A DNA stretch of 64,000 nt from Candidatus Eiseniibacteriota bacterium (GCA_963823555.1 CAWGMA010000004.1:256001-320000), one strand, 5' to 3'. Numbered from the stretch's first letter, positions 19,191-32,208 are shown. Notes: generated by a model from the sequence alone, not told the origin. Translations and numbers: made by a program.

Positions 19191-22169
19191 ATGAGATCAC
19201 GTGATCTGCTCTTCCCCGTCTCGGCCCTCTCGGTCCTCATCGTCCTCCCCACGGCTGTCCTCGCCTTCACGGCGCCGGCCGATCCCGCCGCGGCGGATCT
19301 TAGTGTATCCATACCGCTGCTCGAGGAGGCCCGGTTCGTTCCCCTGGTGCAGGGAGAGCCCACGATCGAGGAGGAGCGATCGGCCCTCAGCGGTCTTCCC
19401 GGGCGCTGGGAAGTGCGCTGGAACCGGCTCACCGGAACCCCGCACCGCATCTTCGGCAGCGGCGTCGATCTCGCACCCGGAGGGCTTGCCCGCGAGAGCG
19501 ACGTGGACCGGATCTCCCGCGATTTCATCACCTCCCACCCTGAGCTCGCGGGCGCCGATGCCATCGATCTCCAGCTGCTCGCGGTCGTGCACGCGGCAGG
19601 CCACTGGAGCGCGATCTACGAGCAAGCCCACTTCGGCGTTCCGATCGAGGGCGCGCTCATCGTCTTTCTATACAGCGACCAGGGTCGGCTTCTCATGTTC
19701 GGGTCCGATGCCTACCGGACGCTCGCCGTGGCCAAGTCCCCGGCGGTGACGGCCGCTGCGGCGCTCGCTGCCGGGGCCCGCGGATTGCCGGCGCCCACCA
19801 TCACGCGCCAGCCCGAGCTTCGCATCCTTCCCGTTCCCGGCGCCGCCGCGGGTTCCGATGAGATCGCGGTCACGCATCACCTCGCCTATCGCATGGTGCT
19901 CGAGACGGTCGCCCCCCGGGGGCGCTGGATCACCTGGGTCGATGCCGCCACCGGGGATGTGCTGTGGCGGACGAACGACATCCGGTACCTCGAGATCACC
20001 GGCAACTCGACGGCTGGCATCGAGGACTTCGGCTACTGCGATGGAGTGACTCCCCTGCCGCTCAAGGATCTCACGGTCAACGTGAGCGGTGTGCCCAGCG
20101 TCCATACCAATACCGCCGGCGACTATTCGGCGACCGTCCCCGATGCGACGACACGCACCGTGACCGCCCAGCTGCGAGGCCGCCGAGTGCGCCTGCAGAA
20201 CAACGCCGGCGTCAACGCCAGCTTCTCGGGTGAGACCACGCCGGGCGTGCCTCTTGCCATCACCTGGGCGAACGCTCAGTTCGACGAGCGGGATGTGTAC
20301 GTCCACACCACGCGCTCCTTCGACTTCATCCGCTCGATCGATCCGCTCACGCCGCTCGGCGCCCTCGATGGCCAGCTCCTCGCCAATGTCAGTCTCAATG
20401 CGACCTGCAACGCCTTCTGGGATGGTTCATCGATCAACTTCTACCGCGAGGGCGACGGGTGTGCCAATACCGGGCGCATCGGTGATGTGGTCATCCACGA
20501 GTACGGCCACGGCGTGAGCCAGTTCGTCTATCAGCCGCTTGGTGTGCCCGGAGATATGGGGGAGGGCAACTCGGACATCATTGCCAATCACATGACCGAG
20601 CGCTCGCTCATCGGCGACGGGTTCAACCTCGGACAGTGCGGCCAGGGAATCCGCAATTGCGACAACACCCTTCGCTATCCGGATGACGTTGTCGGACAGG
20701 AGATCCATGCTGCGGGGCGCGTGATCTGCGGGTTCGACTGGGATGTGCGGAAGAACCTCGAGGTCCTGAACCCGGTGATCTTCGCCTCGCATTCGGATAG
20801 CCTGTGGCATTACACGCGGCTCCTCACCAAGCCGCAGAACCAGCCCGACCAGGTCGCGGTCTATTTCTTCCTCGATGACGACGACGCGGATATCACCAAC
20901 GGTTCCCCGCACTACGATGCGCTGTGCCCGGCCGCCGAGAAGCACGGCTTCGCGCCGCCCGGGCCGGCCTCCGTGGTGCCGGTGACGATCACGCACTCGC
21001 CGCTCCACTCGACGACCGATGAGTCGAATCCGCGTGCTGTCGACGCCACGATGATCTCGACCGCGGGCGCCATCGACTTGAACCAGACCCGGCTCCATTA
21101 CCGGGTGAACGCCGGTCCGGAAGTGGATGTGGCGATGGCCGCGACCGGAACTCCCAACCAGTATCGCGGCTTCATTCCGGCGCAGCCCACCGGCAGCCGG
21201 GTCACCTACACCATCACGACGGCCGACGTGGCCGGTAACGGCGGAGCCCACCCGCCGCAACGCTGCTTCCCTGAGGTGCCGAACGGTGTCGAGGTCTACC
21301 ATGGGGCGACCATCCTCGATGAGCTCGAGGCCGAGAGCGGCTGGACCGTGGGTGCCCCCGGCGACAACGCCACGACGGGGATCTGGGAGCGCGTCGACCC
21401 GGTCGGCACGGCAGCTCAGCCCGAGAACGACCGCACGCCCGCGCCGGGCACGATGTGCTTCGTCACGGGCCAGGGCCTGCCCGGCGGCGGCCTCGGCGAC
21501 GATGACGTCGACGGGGGCCGCACCACGCTCCTGTCTCCCGTCTACGATCTCTCCACGCTCCCGAGCGCCGATCTGCTCTATCACCGCTGGTACTCGAACG
21601 ACACCGGCGCGGCGCCGAACAGCGATTTCTGGGTCGTCGACGTCTCCAATGACGGCGGCGCGACCTGGGTCAACGTGGAGAACACGAACGTCACCGATCA
21701 GACCTGGCGGGAAGTGCGCATCAACCTGAACCAGATCTTCGGCGTGCGTCCGGATCGGTTGCGCGTGCGGTTCATTGCCTCTGATGAGGGCGAGGGCTCG
21801 CTGGTCGAGGCCGGCATCGACGAGTTCATGATCCTCGGCTCCGAGATTCCCAACGCGATCGATGATGCCCCGGCGGGCGCCGTGCCGGCCCGCTTCACGC
21901 TCGGCCCCTTGGTGCCCAACCCCTTCAATCCGGCGACGATGATCCACTTCACGGTGCCCGAACCCGCCGCGGTGAGTCTCGTGATCTACGATGTGGATGG
22001 ACGCCTGGTGCGCGCCCTGGCTTCAGGGTCGCGCTACGAGGCTGGAACGCATGGGCTCCGCTGGGACGGGCGCGACAGCGGTGGAGGGCGCGTTTCATCC
22101 GGCGTGTACTACGTGCGTCTGGCGGCCGGCGATTTCGCGGAGACGCAGAAGATCGTCATGGTCAAGTGA
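19191..22169 (+). CDS. Secreted zinc metalloprotease (M4/M36-like) with propeptide, Ig/beta-sandwich domains and C-terminal FlgD-Ig domain
   Basis: Signal peptide, CNAFWDG, HEYGH, MGEGNSD, EIHAAG; tail PNPFNP...IYDVDGRLVR...WDGRDSGG..VSSGVYY. Confidence 0.85.
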   Translation: MRSRDLLFPVSALSVLIVLPTAVLAFTAPADPAAADLSVSIPLLEEARFVPLVQGEPTIEEERSALSGLPGRWEVRWNRLTGTPHRIFGSGVDLAPGGLARESDVDRISRDFITSHPELAGADAIDLQLLAVVHAAGHWSAIYEQAHFGVPIEGALIVFLYSDQGRLLMFGSDAYRTLAVAKSPAVTAAAALAAGARGLPAPTITRQPELRILPVPGAAAGSDEIAVTHHLAYRMVLETVAPRGRWITWVDAATGDVLWRTNDIRYLEITGNSTAGIEDFGYCDGVTPLPLKDLTVNVSGVPSVHTNTAGDYSATVPDATTRTVTAQLRGRRVRLQNNAGVNASFSGETTPGVPLAITWANAQFDERDVYVHTTRSFDFIRSIDPLTPLGALDGQLLANVSLNATCNAFWDGSSINFYREGDGCANTGRIGDVVIHEYGHGVSQFVYQPLGVPGDMGEGNSDIIANHMTERSLIGDGFNLGQCGQGIRNCDNTLRYPDDVVGQEIHAAGRVICGFDWDVRKNLEVLNPVIFASHSDSLWHYTRLLTKPQNQPDQVAVYFFLDDDDADITNGSPHYDALCPAAEKHGFAPPGPASVVPVTITHSPLHSTTDESNPRAVDATMISTAGAIDLNQTRLHYRVNAGPEVDVAMAATGTPNQYRGFIPAQPTGSRVTYTITTADVAGNGGAHPPQRCFPEVPNGVEVYHGATILDELEAESGWTVGAPGDNATTGIWERVDPVGTAAQPENDRTPAPGTMCFVTGQGLPGGGLGDDDVDGGRTTLLSPVYDLSTLPSADLLYHRWYSNDTGAAPNSDFWVVDVSNDGGATWVNVENTNVTDQTWREVRINLNQIFGVRPDRLRVRFIASDEGEGSLVEAGIDEFMILGSEIPNAIDDAPAGAVPARFTLGPLVPNPFNPATMIHFTVPEPAAVSLVIYDVDGRLVRALASGSRYEAGTHGLRWDGRDSGGGRVSSGVYYVRLAAGDFAETQKIVMVK

Positions 22170-23467
22170 CCGCTACAGAGCCAGGGAGAGACGGTCGCGG
22201 GTGGTGGCTTGGGCTCGGGACGATCCTGGTCCTGGCGCTCCTGTTTCGGCTCGCCGCCATCCAGATCGATCCCGAGCTCCTGCCCACCGCCGACGCCCGC
22301 GAGTACCAGCGGATCGCGGCCAATGTGCTCGCCGGCCGAGGTTTCGATTCGGGCGCTCCGGGGGATCCCTTGTGGCACCCCAAGAGCTGGCGAATGCCGG
22401 GGTACCCGCTCTTCATCGCGGCCCACTGGTCGCTGTTCGAGCCGCGCCGGCGCCCGATCCTGATCTCACAGGCCATTCTCGACGCAGCGACCGCACTCCT
22501 GGTCGTTGTGCTCGGGCGTCGTTTGTTTGCGCCGCGAGTGGCTCTGCTGGCGGGTTTCCTCTACGCTCTCCACCCGCTGGCGGCGATCCAGACTGCGGCC
22601 CTGGGCACCGAGACGCTGACCACGTTTCTGCTCACATCCTTCCTCATCCTCACCTATCGCGCAGCTGAGCGGCCAGGGCTCGGCCGCGGCGCAGTGGCCG
22701 GGCTCCTCTTCGGACTCGTTCTCCTCGTGCGCCCGACCCCGCAGCTGTTCCTGCCGTTCGCGATGGCGTTCATCATGTTGCCCACCCTGGCGCGCAGCAG
22801 TGCGGGAGCGGACTCCTCGCTGCTCCGCCGGACCGGCGCCGCCCTGGCGCTCGCCTCTGTCTGCATCCTCGTGGTCAGCCCATGGACCGCGCGCAATTAC
22901 CGCGTGCATGGCGCCTTCGTTCCGCTGTCGACGCTCGGCGGCGTCGTCCTCAACCAGGGAGTCAGCGGGATCCGGGTCGGTGACTGGTGGTCCAGGTCGG
23001 GACTCTCCTCCATTCCGGCGGAGGACTGGGCACGCTGGCGGGAACTGGGGGAGGTGGCGGGCGAGCGCGCCATGCGCCACCGTGCGATCGAGGTCATCCG
23101 TGAGCGCCCGGGGCTGTACGCGTTGAGCGTGGGCCCGAAGCTCGTGCGCTTCTGGCTCCACGTGAGCGCTGGATACGGCCGTATCTCACCGCGTGGCTGG
23201 GCGGTGTTCTTGCTGGAGGGCACCCTGCTGGTCCTGGCCGCGCTGGCTTTCCTCCGCTACCGGGGACCGTGGGTGGCGGCAGGACGACTCCTGTGGCTGC
23301 TGGTCGCCTACCACTCGGTGCTGTATGCCCTCACCATCGCCGAGGTCCGCTTCAGCTATGTCGTCCTGCCGTGCGTCATGCTGCCCGTGGCTCACGCGTT
23401 CGCCCGGCTCCGCCCGCGGCAAGGAAGCATGCCGGCGCTCGGTCCTAGCGGCGATGTGTCGCCTTGA
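22166..23467 (+). CDS. GT-C membrane glycosyltransferase (ArnT/PMT, GT39-like)
   Basis: DAREY..IAAN, RMPGYPLF, TETL, LVRPT, PWTARNY, multiple TM helices, C-terminal RF. Confidence 0.8.
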   Translation: MTATEPGRDGRGWWLGLGTILVLALLFRLAAIQIDPELLPTADAREYQRIAANVLAGRGFDSGAPGDPLWHPKSWRMPGYPLFIAAHWSLFEPRRRPILISQAILDAATALLVVVLGRRLFAPRVALLAGFLYALHPLAAIQTAALGTETLTTFLLTSFLILTYRAAERPGLGRGAVAGLLFGLVLLVRPTPQLFLPFAMAFIMLPTLARSSAGADSSLLRRTGAALALASVCILVVSPWTARNYRVHGAFVPLSTLGGVVLNQGVSGIRVGDWWSRSGLSSIPAEDWARWRELGEVAGERAMRHRAIEVIRERPGLYALSVGPKLVRFWLHVSAGYGRISPRGWAVFLLEGTLLVLAALAFLRYRGPWVAAGRLLWLLVAYHSVLYALTIAEVRFSYVVLPCVMLPVAHAFARLRPRQGSMPALGPSGDVSP

Positions 23468-24608
23468 TCGCACCCCATGTGGTCTCGGTGAGCGGGCTCT
23501 GGGCCGGATCGGGAATCGCGACCGTGCCGCAGCCGACACCGAGCGCGCCGACGAGCCCGCAGGCGCCGGGTGAGTTCGCCGGCTGGCAGGGCGAGGCGGC
23601 GTTGAGTGCGAAGTCACCCCCGGGCCGGTCGCAGAAGAGCGGGTCGGCGCCGAAGTTCCCGTCCTGCCCCTGCTGCCCGGCGATGCAGCCGGTCCAGTCC
23701 CCGTCGGCGTTGCCGAACACATCGCAGCAGCTGAGGCTCGCGCTCGAGCCGCCGGTGCAGCTCACGGCCTCGCCGTCCGAGCTGAAGGCGATGATCGTGT
23801 TGGTGGCCGTTGCCGTGGTGCCCCCGTCGAGGCGTAGGCCGCCTCCACCACCGCCGAAGACGGCGGCATTGTCGGACAGCGTGCATCCGGTGAGCTCGAG
23901 CGTCGAGGCGTCGCTCGCGATCGCGCCACCGTAAGCGATGGTCGAGTTGCCATCGAGGATGCAGCTGGTCAGGGTCAGGGTCGAGTTGAGCGCGTAGATG
24001 CCGCCCCCGTAGAAGGTCGCGCTGTTGCCGCTCATCCGGCACCCCGTGAAGACGGCCGAGGCTCCATCCAGGAAGGCGACGCCACCGCTCCCGTGGTTGC
24101 CCTCGTTGGCGGTGAACGTGCAGTCGGTGAAGGTCGGGGTGCTACCTTCGAGGTAGAGCGCGCCGCCGCCGAGGTCGAAGGTGATGTTGGTGGCGAAGTG
24201 GCAGCTGAGGATGGTCGGGGCGGTCGTGGCCCCGGTGACGAGCATGCCGGCCCCGAAATCGGCCGATCCGCCGGTGATGGTGAAGCCCTCGATCACGGCC
24301 GCGCTCGTCTCCCCGCCGTGCAGGAAGAACCCGCGCCCCTGGTCCTGGCAGTCGATCATGGTGCTCGCCGCCCCGGCCTCGGAGCGGAGCGTGATGTCCC
24401 TGCCGCCGAAATCGAGGTCGTGGTTGCCGGGACCCGTGTAGGTGCCCGGGGCCACGAGTACCAGATCCCCCGTCCCGGCGGCGTCGATACCCGCCTGAAT
24501 GGTCGGCTGATCCAGGGGGACCCGGATGGTCTCGGCGAGGGCCACGCGGGGGAGAAGACCCATCCCGACCGCCAGCCCGCAGAAGACGACGCAGGAAAGT
24601 CGTCGCAT
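23445..24608 (-). CDS. Secreted right-handed parallel beta-helix repeat protein ending in TWGAIK motif
   Basis: VPLDQPTIQAGIDAA, GDLVLVAPGTY, repeated N.A..GGG, ADPLFCD, SPC..ANSP, C-terminus ETTWGAIKATHRR. Start MRRLSC (24608). Confidence 0.85.
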   Translation of the reverse strand: MRRLSCVVFCGLAVGMGLLPRVALAETIRVPLDQPTIQAGIDAAGTGDLVLVAPGTYTGPGNHDLDFGGRDITLRSEAGAASTMIDCQDQGRGFFLHGGETSAAVIEGFTITGGSADFGAGMLVTGATTAPTILSCHFATNITFDLGGGALYLEGSTPTFTDCTFTANEGNHGSGGVAFLDGASAVFTGCRMSGNSATFYGGGIYALNSTLTLTSCILDGNSTIAYGGAIASDASTLELTGCTLSDNAAVFGGGGGGLRLDGGTTATATNTIIAFSSDGEAVSCTGGSSASLSCCDVFGNADGDWTGCIAGQQGQDGNFGADPLFCDRPGGDFALNAASPCQPANSPGACGLVGALGVGCGTVAIPDPAQSPLTETTWGAIKATHRR

Positions 24609-24787
24609 TGCTCGTTCCTCCACCGGTGGAATCCTCGTGTGAACGCCAACCATCATATCGCAACCGCTGGGCCGCCGCCAATGGCCGGCGCGGCGGTGCC
24701 GTAAGCAGGTCTCGACTTGAGGTCGGTGAAGGTCCTATGGTCCCTCCGTCGTCGGGCCGCGGGTCTCCCGTCTCGAAGAGGTGCCTG

Positions 24788-26980
24788 ATGCAAGATCAGG
24801 AATGCGCCGCCAGGATCGTGTTCCGAATCGCCACTGCTCTCGTGTCGCTGACCATGGGGACTCTGGCACATCCCGGACACTCCTCTGCCACTCCCGCAAC
24901 CCCCAAGCAGCCCGCCTCGAACGTGTATCACGGCGTGGCGGTCGGGGATGACTACCAGTGGCTCGAGGACTGGAATGATCCCCGGGTTCGCGAATGGAGC
25001 GCCGCTCAGAACGCGCTCGCCCGCGCCTATCTCGACGCCATCCCCGAACGGGTTGCGATCCTGGACCGGGTCGCGGAGCTCAGGCAGAGCCTCGCTCCGG
25101 AGTACAGGAGCGTGATTCAGCGCGGCGGGAAGCTCTTTGCAATCAAGGACGAACCGCCGAAGGAGCAGCCGTTCCTGGTCGTCTTCGATTCCGTGGATGA
25201 CGCGGAGGGGGAGCGGGTGCTCGTCGACCCGAGCACCCTCGACCCGGGCGGCCATACGACGATCGATTTCTTCGTGCCTTCGCCGGATGGATCTCATGTC
25301 GCCGTGTCGCTGTCGCGCGGCGGCTCCGAGGACGGCACCGTATCCGTGTTCGCCACGGCGACCGGGGAACGCTTGCCCGACTCGATCCCCCGAGTGAACG
25401 GTGGGACGGCGGGCGGCTCGGTCGCCTGGACTGCCGACGGCGCCGGTCTCTACCGCACGCGCTACCCGGATCCGAGCACCCGGCCGGCCGGCGAGCTGCC
25501 CTTCCATGAGCAGGTCTACTACCACCGCCTGGGCACCGCCGCCGAGGACGATGTGTATGCCTTTGGCCGTGATCTGCCCCGCATCGCGGAGATCTTCCTC
25601 ACGGCACGCGATGGCGGGCCCGAGATCCTCGCCGACGTCCTCAACGGAGATGGCGGCGAGCACGCATTCTGGCTCCACGACCCGGAGACGCGGTCGTGGA
25701 CGCAGATCGCGGGATTCGGCGACGAGTGCGTCCGAGCGCACTTCGGAGCGAGCGGTGATGAAGGACTCTATCTCCTGTCCTACAGCGGCGCGCCGACCGG
25801 TAAGATCCTCCGCCTGGCGCTCGATCAACCGGAACTGAAGAAGGCCCGCCGCGTCGTCGAGCCGAGCACCGTGGCCATCGAGGACTTTCTGCCCACCGCC
25901 TCGCGCATGGTCGTGCTCGATGTGGTCGGCGGGCCATCCCGCATCCGCCTCTTCGATCATGCGGGCACGCAGCTCGGCCTGGTTCCGCTGCCGCTCTTCC
26001 AGGCGGTCAACGATCTGGTGCATCTCGGTGCGGACGATTTCATCTTCCGGCGCCAGAGCTACACCCAGCCGAGCGGATGGTACCGCTTCGATCCGACGAC
26101 CTGGAAGGTGATGCCGACCCGACTGCTCGCGCGCTCGCCCGCCGATTTCGCGGACGTCGAGGTCCGGCGCGAGTTCGCCCCGGCGAAGGATGGGACGCGG
26201 ATCCCGATCAACCTCCTCGTGCGCAAGGGCACGCCGACCGACGGCACAGCACCTACCATTCTCTATGGATACGGAGGCTACGGGATCAGTCAGAAGCCCA
26301 CCTTCGACGCCACCCGACGGCTCTGGCTCGACCAGGGCGGGATCTGGGCGATCGCCAATGTGCGCGGCGGGGGAGAGTTCGGCGAACCCTGGCACCTGGC
26401 GGGGAAGCTGACGCGGAAGCAGAACGTCTTCGATGACTTTGCGGCCTGCGCCGAGTATCTGATCGACCGGGGTTACACGTCGCGGGAACGGTTGGCGATT
26501 CAGGGGGGATCGAACGGCGGTCTCCTCATGGGGGCCGTTCTCGTCCAGCGGCCCGAGCTATTCCGTGCCGTCGTTTCCCGCGCCGGCATCTACGACATGC
26601 TCCGCGTGGAGCTCACGCCGAACGGCGAGTTCAACACCACGGAGTTCGGAAGCGTGAAGGACGCGGAGCAGTGGAAGGCGCTCCATGCCTACTCGCCCTA
26701 TCACCATGTGGTCGACGGCGTGTCCTATCCCGCCGTCCTGTTCCTGACCGGCGCCAACGACCCGCGGGTCGATCCCATGCACTCGCGCAAGATGATTGCT
26801 CGTCTGAAGACGGCCAGCGCTTCGGCCCACCCCATCCTCCTCCGCACCAGCGCTCACACCGGGCACGGCGGCGGGACGCCCCTGTCCAGTCGGAACGAGG
26901 AGCTGGGCGACATCTACGCCTTCCTGTTCAAGGAGCTGGGATTGACGGGCTTCACAGCAGGAGCCAGAGTCATCCGCTAG
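24788..26980 (+). CDS. Prolyl oligopeptidase (S9A)
   Basis: DDYQWLED, ILYGYGGY, NVRGGGEFG, GGSNGG (Ser), NDPRV (Asp), GHGGG (His). Start uncertain; probably exported. Confidence 0.93.
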   Translation: MQDQECAARIVFRIATALVSLTMGTLAHPGHSSATPATPKQPASNVYHGVAVGDDYQWLEDWNDPRVREWSAAQNALARAYLDAIPERVAILDRVAELRQSLAPEYRSVIQRGGKLFAIKDEPPKEQPFLVVFDSVDDAEGERVLVDPSTLDPGGHTTIDFFVPSPDGSHVAVSLSRGGSEDGTVSVFATATGERLPDSIPRVNGGTAGGSVAWTADGAGLYRTRYPDPSTRPAGELPFHEQVYYHRLGTAAEDDVYAFGRDLPRIAEIFLTARDGGPEILADVLNGDGGEHAFWLHDPETRSWTQIAGFGDECVRAHFGASGDEGLYLLSYSGAPTGKILRLALDQPELKKARRVVEPSTVAIEDFLPTASRMVVLDVVGGPSRIRLFDHAGTQLGLVPLPLFQAVNDLVHLGADDFIFRRQSYTQPSGWYRFDPTTWKVMPTRLLARSPADFADVEVRREFAPAKDGTRIPINLLVRKGTPTDGTAPTILYGYGGYGISQKPTFDATRRLWLDQGGIWAIANVRGGGEFGEPWHLAGKLTRKQNVFDDFAACAEYLIDRGYTSRERLAIQGGSNGGLLMGAVLVQRPELFRAVVSRAGIYDMLRVELTPNGEFNTTEFGSVKDAEQWKALHAYSPYHHVVDGVSYPAVLFLTGANDPRVDPMHSRKMIARLKTASASAHPILLRTSAHTGHGGGTPLSSRNEELGDIYAFLFKELGLTGFTAGARVIR

Positions 26981-27439
26981 CCGGGTTTCAGCGCGGCAAG
27001 CGCCGCTTAAGTCATCTATCGACAGAGAGTTGATCTGCGGAGCTCCGCCGCGATCGGGATGGCCGTTCTCTCCCCATGCCCTGCCGTTTCCGCAACCGGG
27101 GGCTGTCCTCCTCTGTCCAAACAGAGGACGTGAGGTTGTCCGCCGACCTTGGGCCCGGGGCCGAGTCTCTCACGGCGGCAGCCGAGACGGTCCTCGGCAC
27201 CCCCCCCTCCCCGTCAAAGTCACAGGAGGATGCCTTGAGCTCAGGGAGCGTACGCGCCCGTTGTTTCGGCCGTGGCGCCCTCTTGGGCGATGATGTCGAG
27301 GTCCGGCTCGATCTCGAGGCGGTCCACCGGGCCCCGGAGGCCAGATGATTCCAATGGCGGCGCTCCGGTGCGCGAGGATCAGATATCCGTCGCCGCGTGT
27401 GGCCGGGTGCGACCTCCGATCCTGAACATCGCGCGAACG

Positions 27440-29593
<2,154 letters not shown>

Positions 29594-29787
29594 CCGTACG
29601 GCGAGGAGCCGAACGACGAGGAGCCGAGCCGGCGACACTCCGGCGACAGGCCGACGACCCGGGCCGAGCTGGCCGGGCCTCAATGCGCAGGACAAAGACC
29701 GCTCCGCCCGCGTTGCTTCTCGGTCCGGGAATTGCTTATCCCGACAGCGACCCTGGCGACCACACCCGTCACCACGGAGGTCTAGCC

Positions 29788-30186
29788 ATGGAAACCGCTG
29801 TTCGTCGCTCCCCATCCTCGATCTGTCTCCTCGCCTCGATCCTCCTCTTCGGTACCGTCCTCGCCGTCGGCTGCGCGCCCGAACGGCCCCTGCGTCCGTC
29901 CGCGCCCGTTCCTCCCGAATACGCATCTCCCGTGCTCGTGCTGGAGGCCCATGGGTCCGAGTTCGCCCGCGTCGAAGACCGCGGGGCGGTCGAGTCCCTG
30001 CTCGAGTCGTTACCAGCCGGGGAACGGCAGGCGCTTCTCCAGACCGGCACCCTGTCGACGCGTGACCCCGGGTTCATGGCGGCCGTGCGCCGCCTGATCG
30101 CCAGCGAGAGCTCCGATCGTGCCGGCTTCGATGCGCACGTGAGGAGGGTCACCTGGGGCGAGATCAAGATCCGGTACACGACATAG
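29788..30186 (+). CDS. Small lipoprotein of unknown function ending in TWGEIK motif
   Basis: GGAGG RBS, lipobox LAVGC, C-terminus RRVTWGEIKIRYTT. Confidence 0.7.
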   Translation: METAVRRSPSSICLLASILLFGTVLAVGCAPERPLRPSAPVPPEYASPVLVLEAHGSEFARVEDRGAVESLLESLPAGERQALLQTGTLSTRDPGFMAAVRRLIASESSDRAGFDAHVRRVTWGEIKIRYTT

Positions 30187-30202
30187 CTGCCCGGGAGTCG
30201 CG

Positions 30203-30232
30203 AGCGGCGGCGGGAGGGGGACTGCCGCCGCT
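30203..30232. terminator. Hairpin between convergent genes (possible bidirectional terminator)
   Basis: AGCGGCGGCGG...CTGCCGCCGCT stem; no clear U-tract. Confidence 0.35.
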
Positions 30233-30244
30233 GCCCTGGTCCCG

Positions 30245-31354
30245 CTACTGCGGGAAGGAGGGTGGAGGGGTGTCCGCGTAACCCTCGCCCTCGAGGGCTC
30301 GCATGAAGGCGACGACGGCGTCCACCTCCTCGGGAGCCAGCCCGAGCGGGCGGATCTTGGGGCTCAGGTGTGGATTGGGCGTGCCGCCTCGGTTGTAGTG
30401 CTCGACCGTTTCGCGCAGGGTGAGGATGGAGCCGTCGTGCATGTAGGGGGCGTGCTTCGTCACCTCGCGCAAGGTCGGCGTCTTGAACGCTCCGATGTCT
30501 TCGGCCTGCCCGCTCACCTTGGCCCGGCCGGAATCGGCAAAGACCTGCGCCGCCGCGTTCCACCCGATGCCCAGGTTATGGAACTTGGAGTCGGCGAAGT
30601 TCCAGCCGACATGACACTGACTGCACTCCGCCTTGCCGAAGAAGAGCTCGGCTCCCTGCTGCGCCTGTTTCGACAGCGCCGACCGGTCGCCGTTCTCGAA
30701 ACGGTCCCAGGATGAGTTCCCGGAGAGCCGCGTCGCCTCGTAGGCTGCGATGGCCTCGGCCACCCGATCGATGTTGATCGCCTGATCGCCATAGACTTGA
30801 GCGAACACGCGCCTGTAGCCGGGGATATTCGCCACCACGTCGACCACGATGTCATGAGTCATCCCCATCTCGACCGGGTTCTCCATCGGGCCCTTCGCCT
30901 GCTCGATGAGCGATGTGGCTCTGCCATCCCAGAAGAACACATCGTAGAGCGGCCAGGCCCCGTTCAAGAAGGTCGGGGCCTTGCGCGAGCCGCGTTTCCC
31001 TCCGATCCCGGTCGAGACCGGTGTCGGCTCCGAGAAGGCGTGCTCCGGCCGGTGGCAGGTCGCGCAGGAGACCGTGCCATCGCTCGAGAGACGGGTGTCA
31101 TAGAAGAGCCAGCGTCCGAGCCGAACCTTCTCCGGCGTCACCGTGAAATCGAGCGTGGTGAAGTCGGCCGCAACCCCCAGGGGCGGAGTGGGTAAGGGGG
31201 CGACGGGACTGGCGGCTTCCCAGTTGCGTGCCGCCCGGTCCGGGGAGCGCCCACAGGCGATCCCAGCGAGTGTGATGGCGATCGCCAGCGGCATGAGCCC
31301 GCGGGCGGTGGCGGGGAGCCGCGTGCCCCACGGGATCGGCTCAACGCGAAACAT
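30245..31354 (-). CDS. Diheme cytochrome c peroxidase (bCCP/MauG family), probable lipoprotein
   Basis: LGRWLFYDTRLS, CATCH, FWDGRA.SL.EQA.GP..NP.EM, CSQCH, FKTPTLR, APYMHDG. Confidence 0.92.
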   Translation of the reverse strand: MFRVEPIPWGTRLPATARGLMPLAIAITLAGIACGRSPDRAARNWEAASPVAPLPTPPLGVAADFTTLDFTVTPEKVRLGRWLFYDTRLSSDGTVSCATCHRPEHAFSEPTPVSTGIGGKRGSRKAPTFLNGAWPLYDVFFWDGRATSLIEQAKGPMENPVEMGMTHDIVVDVVANIPGYRRVFAQVYGDQAINIDRVAEAIAAYEATRLSGNSSWDRFENGDRSALSKQAQQGAELFFGKAECSQCHVGWNFADSKFHNLGIGWNAAAQVFADSGRAKVSGQAEDIGAFKTPTLREVTKHAPYMHDGSILTLRETVEHYNRGGTPNPHLSPKIRPLGLAPEEVDAVVAFMRALEGEGYADTPPPSFPQ

Positions 31355-31398
31355 GCGTCCTCCATCGCCCGGTTCCCTCCGGGCGCTGCGGCCGGGAT

Positions 31399-32208
31399 CT
31401 ATCCGTAGGAGTGGTTGCCGGAGAGGATGATGTTGCCGATGAAGGAGAGCACCGTCATCAGGAAGCCGATGATGGACATCCAGGCGGCGCGCGTGCCGCG
31501 CCAGTCGCGCTGCAGGCGAGCGTGCAAGTAGCCCGTGTAGAAGAGCCAGATGATCAGCGATCCGACTTCCTTCGGGTCCCAGCTCCAGAAGGCTCCCCAG
31601 GCATTGTGAGCCCAGATCGCCCCGGCGAAGAGGGCGCCGATCGTGAACAGCGGGTACCCGATGGCAATGGCCCGGTAGTTGATCTCGTCGAGGAGTTCCG
31701 GCGAGGGCAGGCGCCGCTCGCCGCCACCCCCGATTCGCTGCGTCACGAGGTACATGACGCTCACGGCGAAGGCGACGGCGAAGGCTCCCTCACCCAGGGC
31801 GGCAAGCGAGACATGGATGGTGAGCCAGTAGCTCTGCAGCGCCGGGACGAGCTGCTGCGTGATGTCCTTGGGGAGCAGCGAGGCGGCGACGACGAGAGCG
31901 AAGACGAGCGGCGCCACGAAGACGCCAATGACGAGCTTGCGATAACGCCAGAGCAGAAGTCCGAAGGATACCACCGCCATCCATGACATTGCCGTCGCGT
32001 ACTCGAACATATTCGAGAGCGGGATGTGTCCGGCCAGGTTCCAGCGCATTCCGAGCCCGATGGTCTGGAATCCGCCTCCCACGAACAGGACGGCGGCGGC
32101 GATCCGCCCGAGGCCGATGTTCCGCAGGGCGAAGAAGCCGGTGAAGAGAACGAAGGCGGCCAGGTACAGCCACAGGCTGACGGTGAAGAGATGAACGTCC
32201 GGAGTCAT
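31399..32208 (-). CDS. ccsA: System II cytochrome c synthase CcsA/ResC
   Basis: PLSNMFE, PALQSYWLTIH, WWD-type motif GAIWAHNAWGAFWSWDPKE, YLHAR, C-terminal HSYG. Confidence 0.95.
   Translation of the reverse strand: MTPDVHLFTVSLWLYLAAFVLFTGFFALRNIGLGRIAAAVLFVGGGFQTIGLGMRWNLAGHIPLSNMFEYATAMSWMAVVSFGLLLWRYRKLVIGVFVAPLVFALVVAASLLPKDITQQLVPALQSYWLTIHVSLAALGEGAFAVAFAVSVMYLVTQRIGGGGERRLPSPELLDEINYRAIAIGYPLFTIGALFAGAIWAHNAWGAFWSWDPKEVGSLIIWLFYTGYLHARLQRDWRGTRAAWMSIIGFLMTVLSFIGNIILSGNHSYG

Noticed and set aside
26981..27270. Possible ncRNA or riboswitch in the intergenic region (hairpin TCCTCTGT-ccaa-ACAGAGGA, C-rich run)
   Set aside because: Only one short stem and no family motif I recognise; would need an Rfam/Infernal search.
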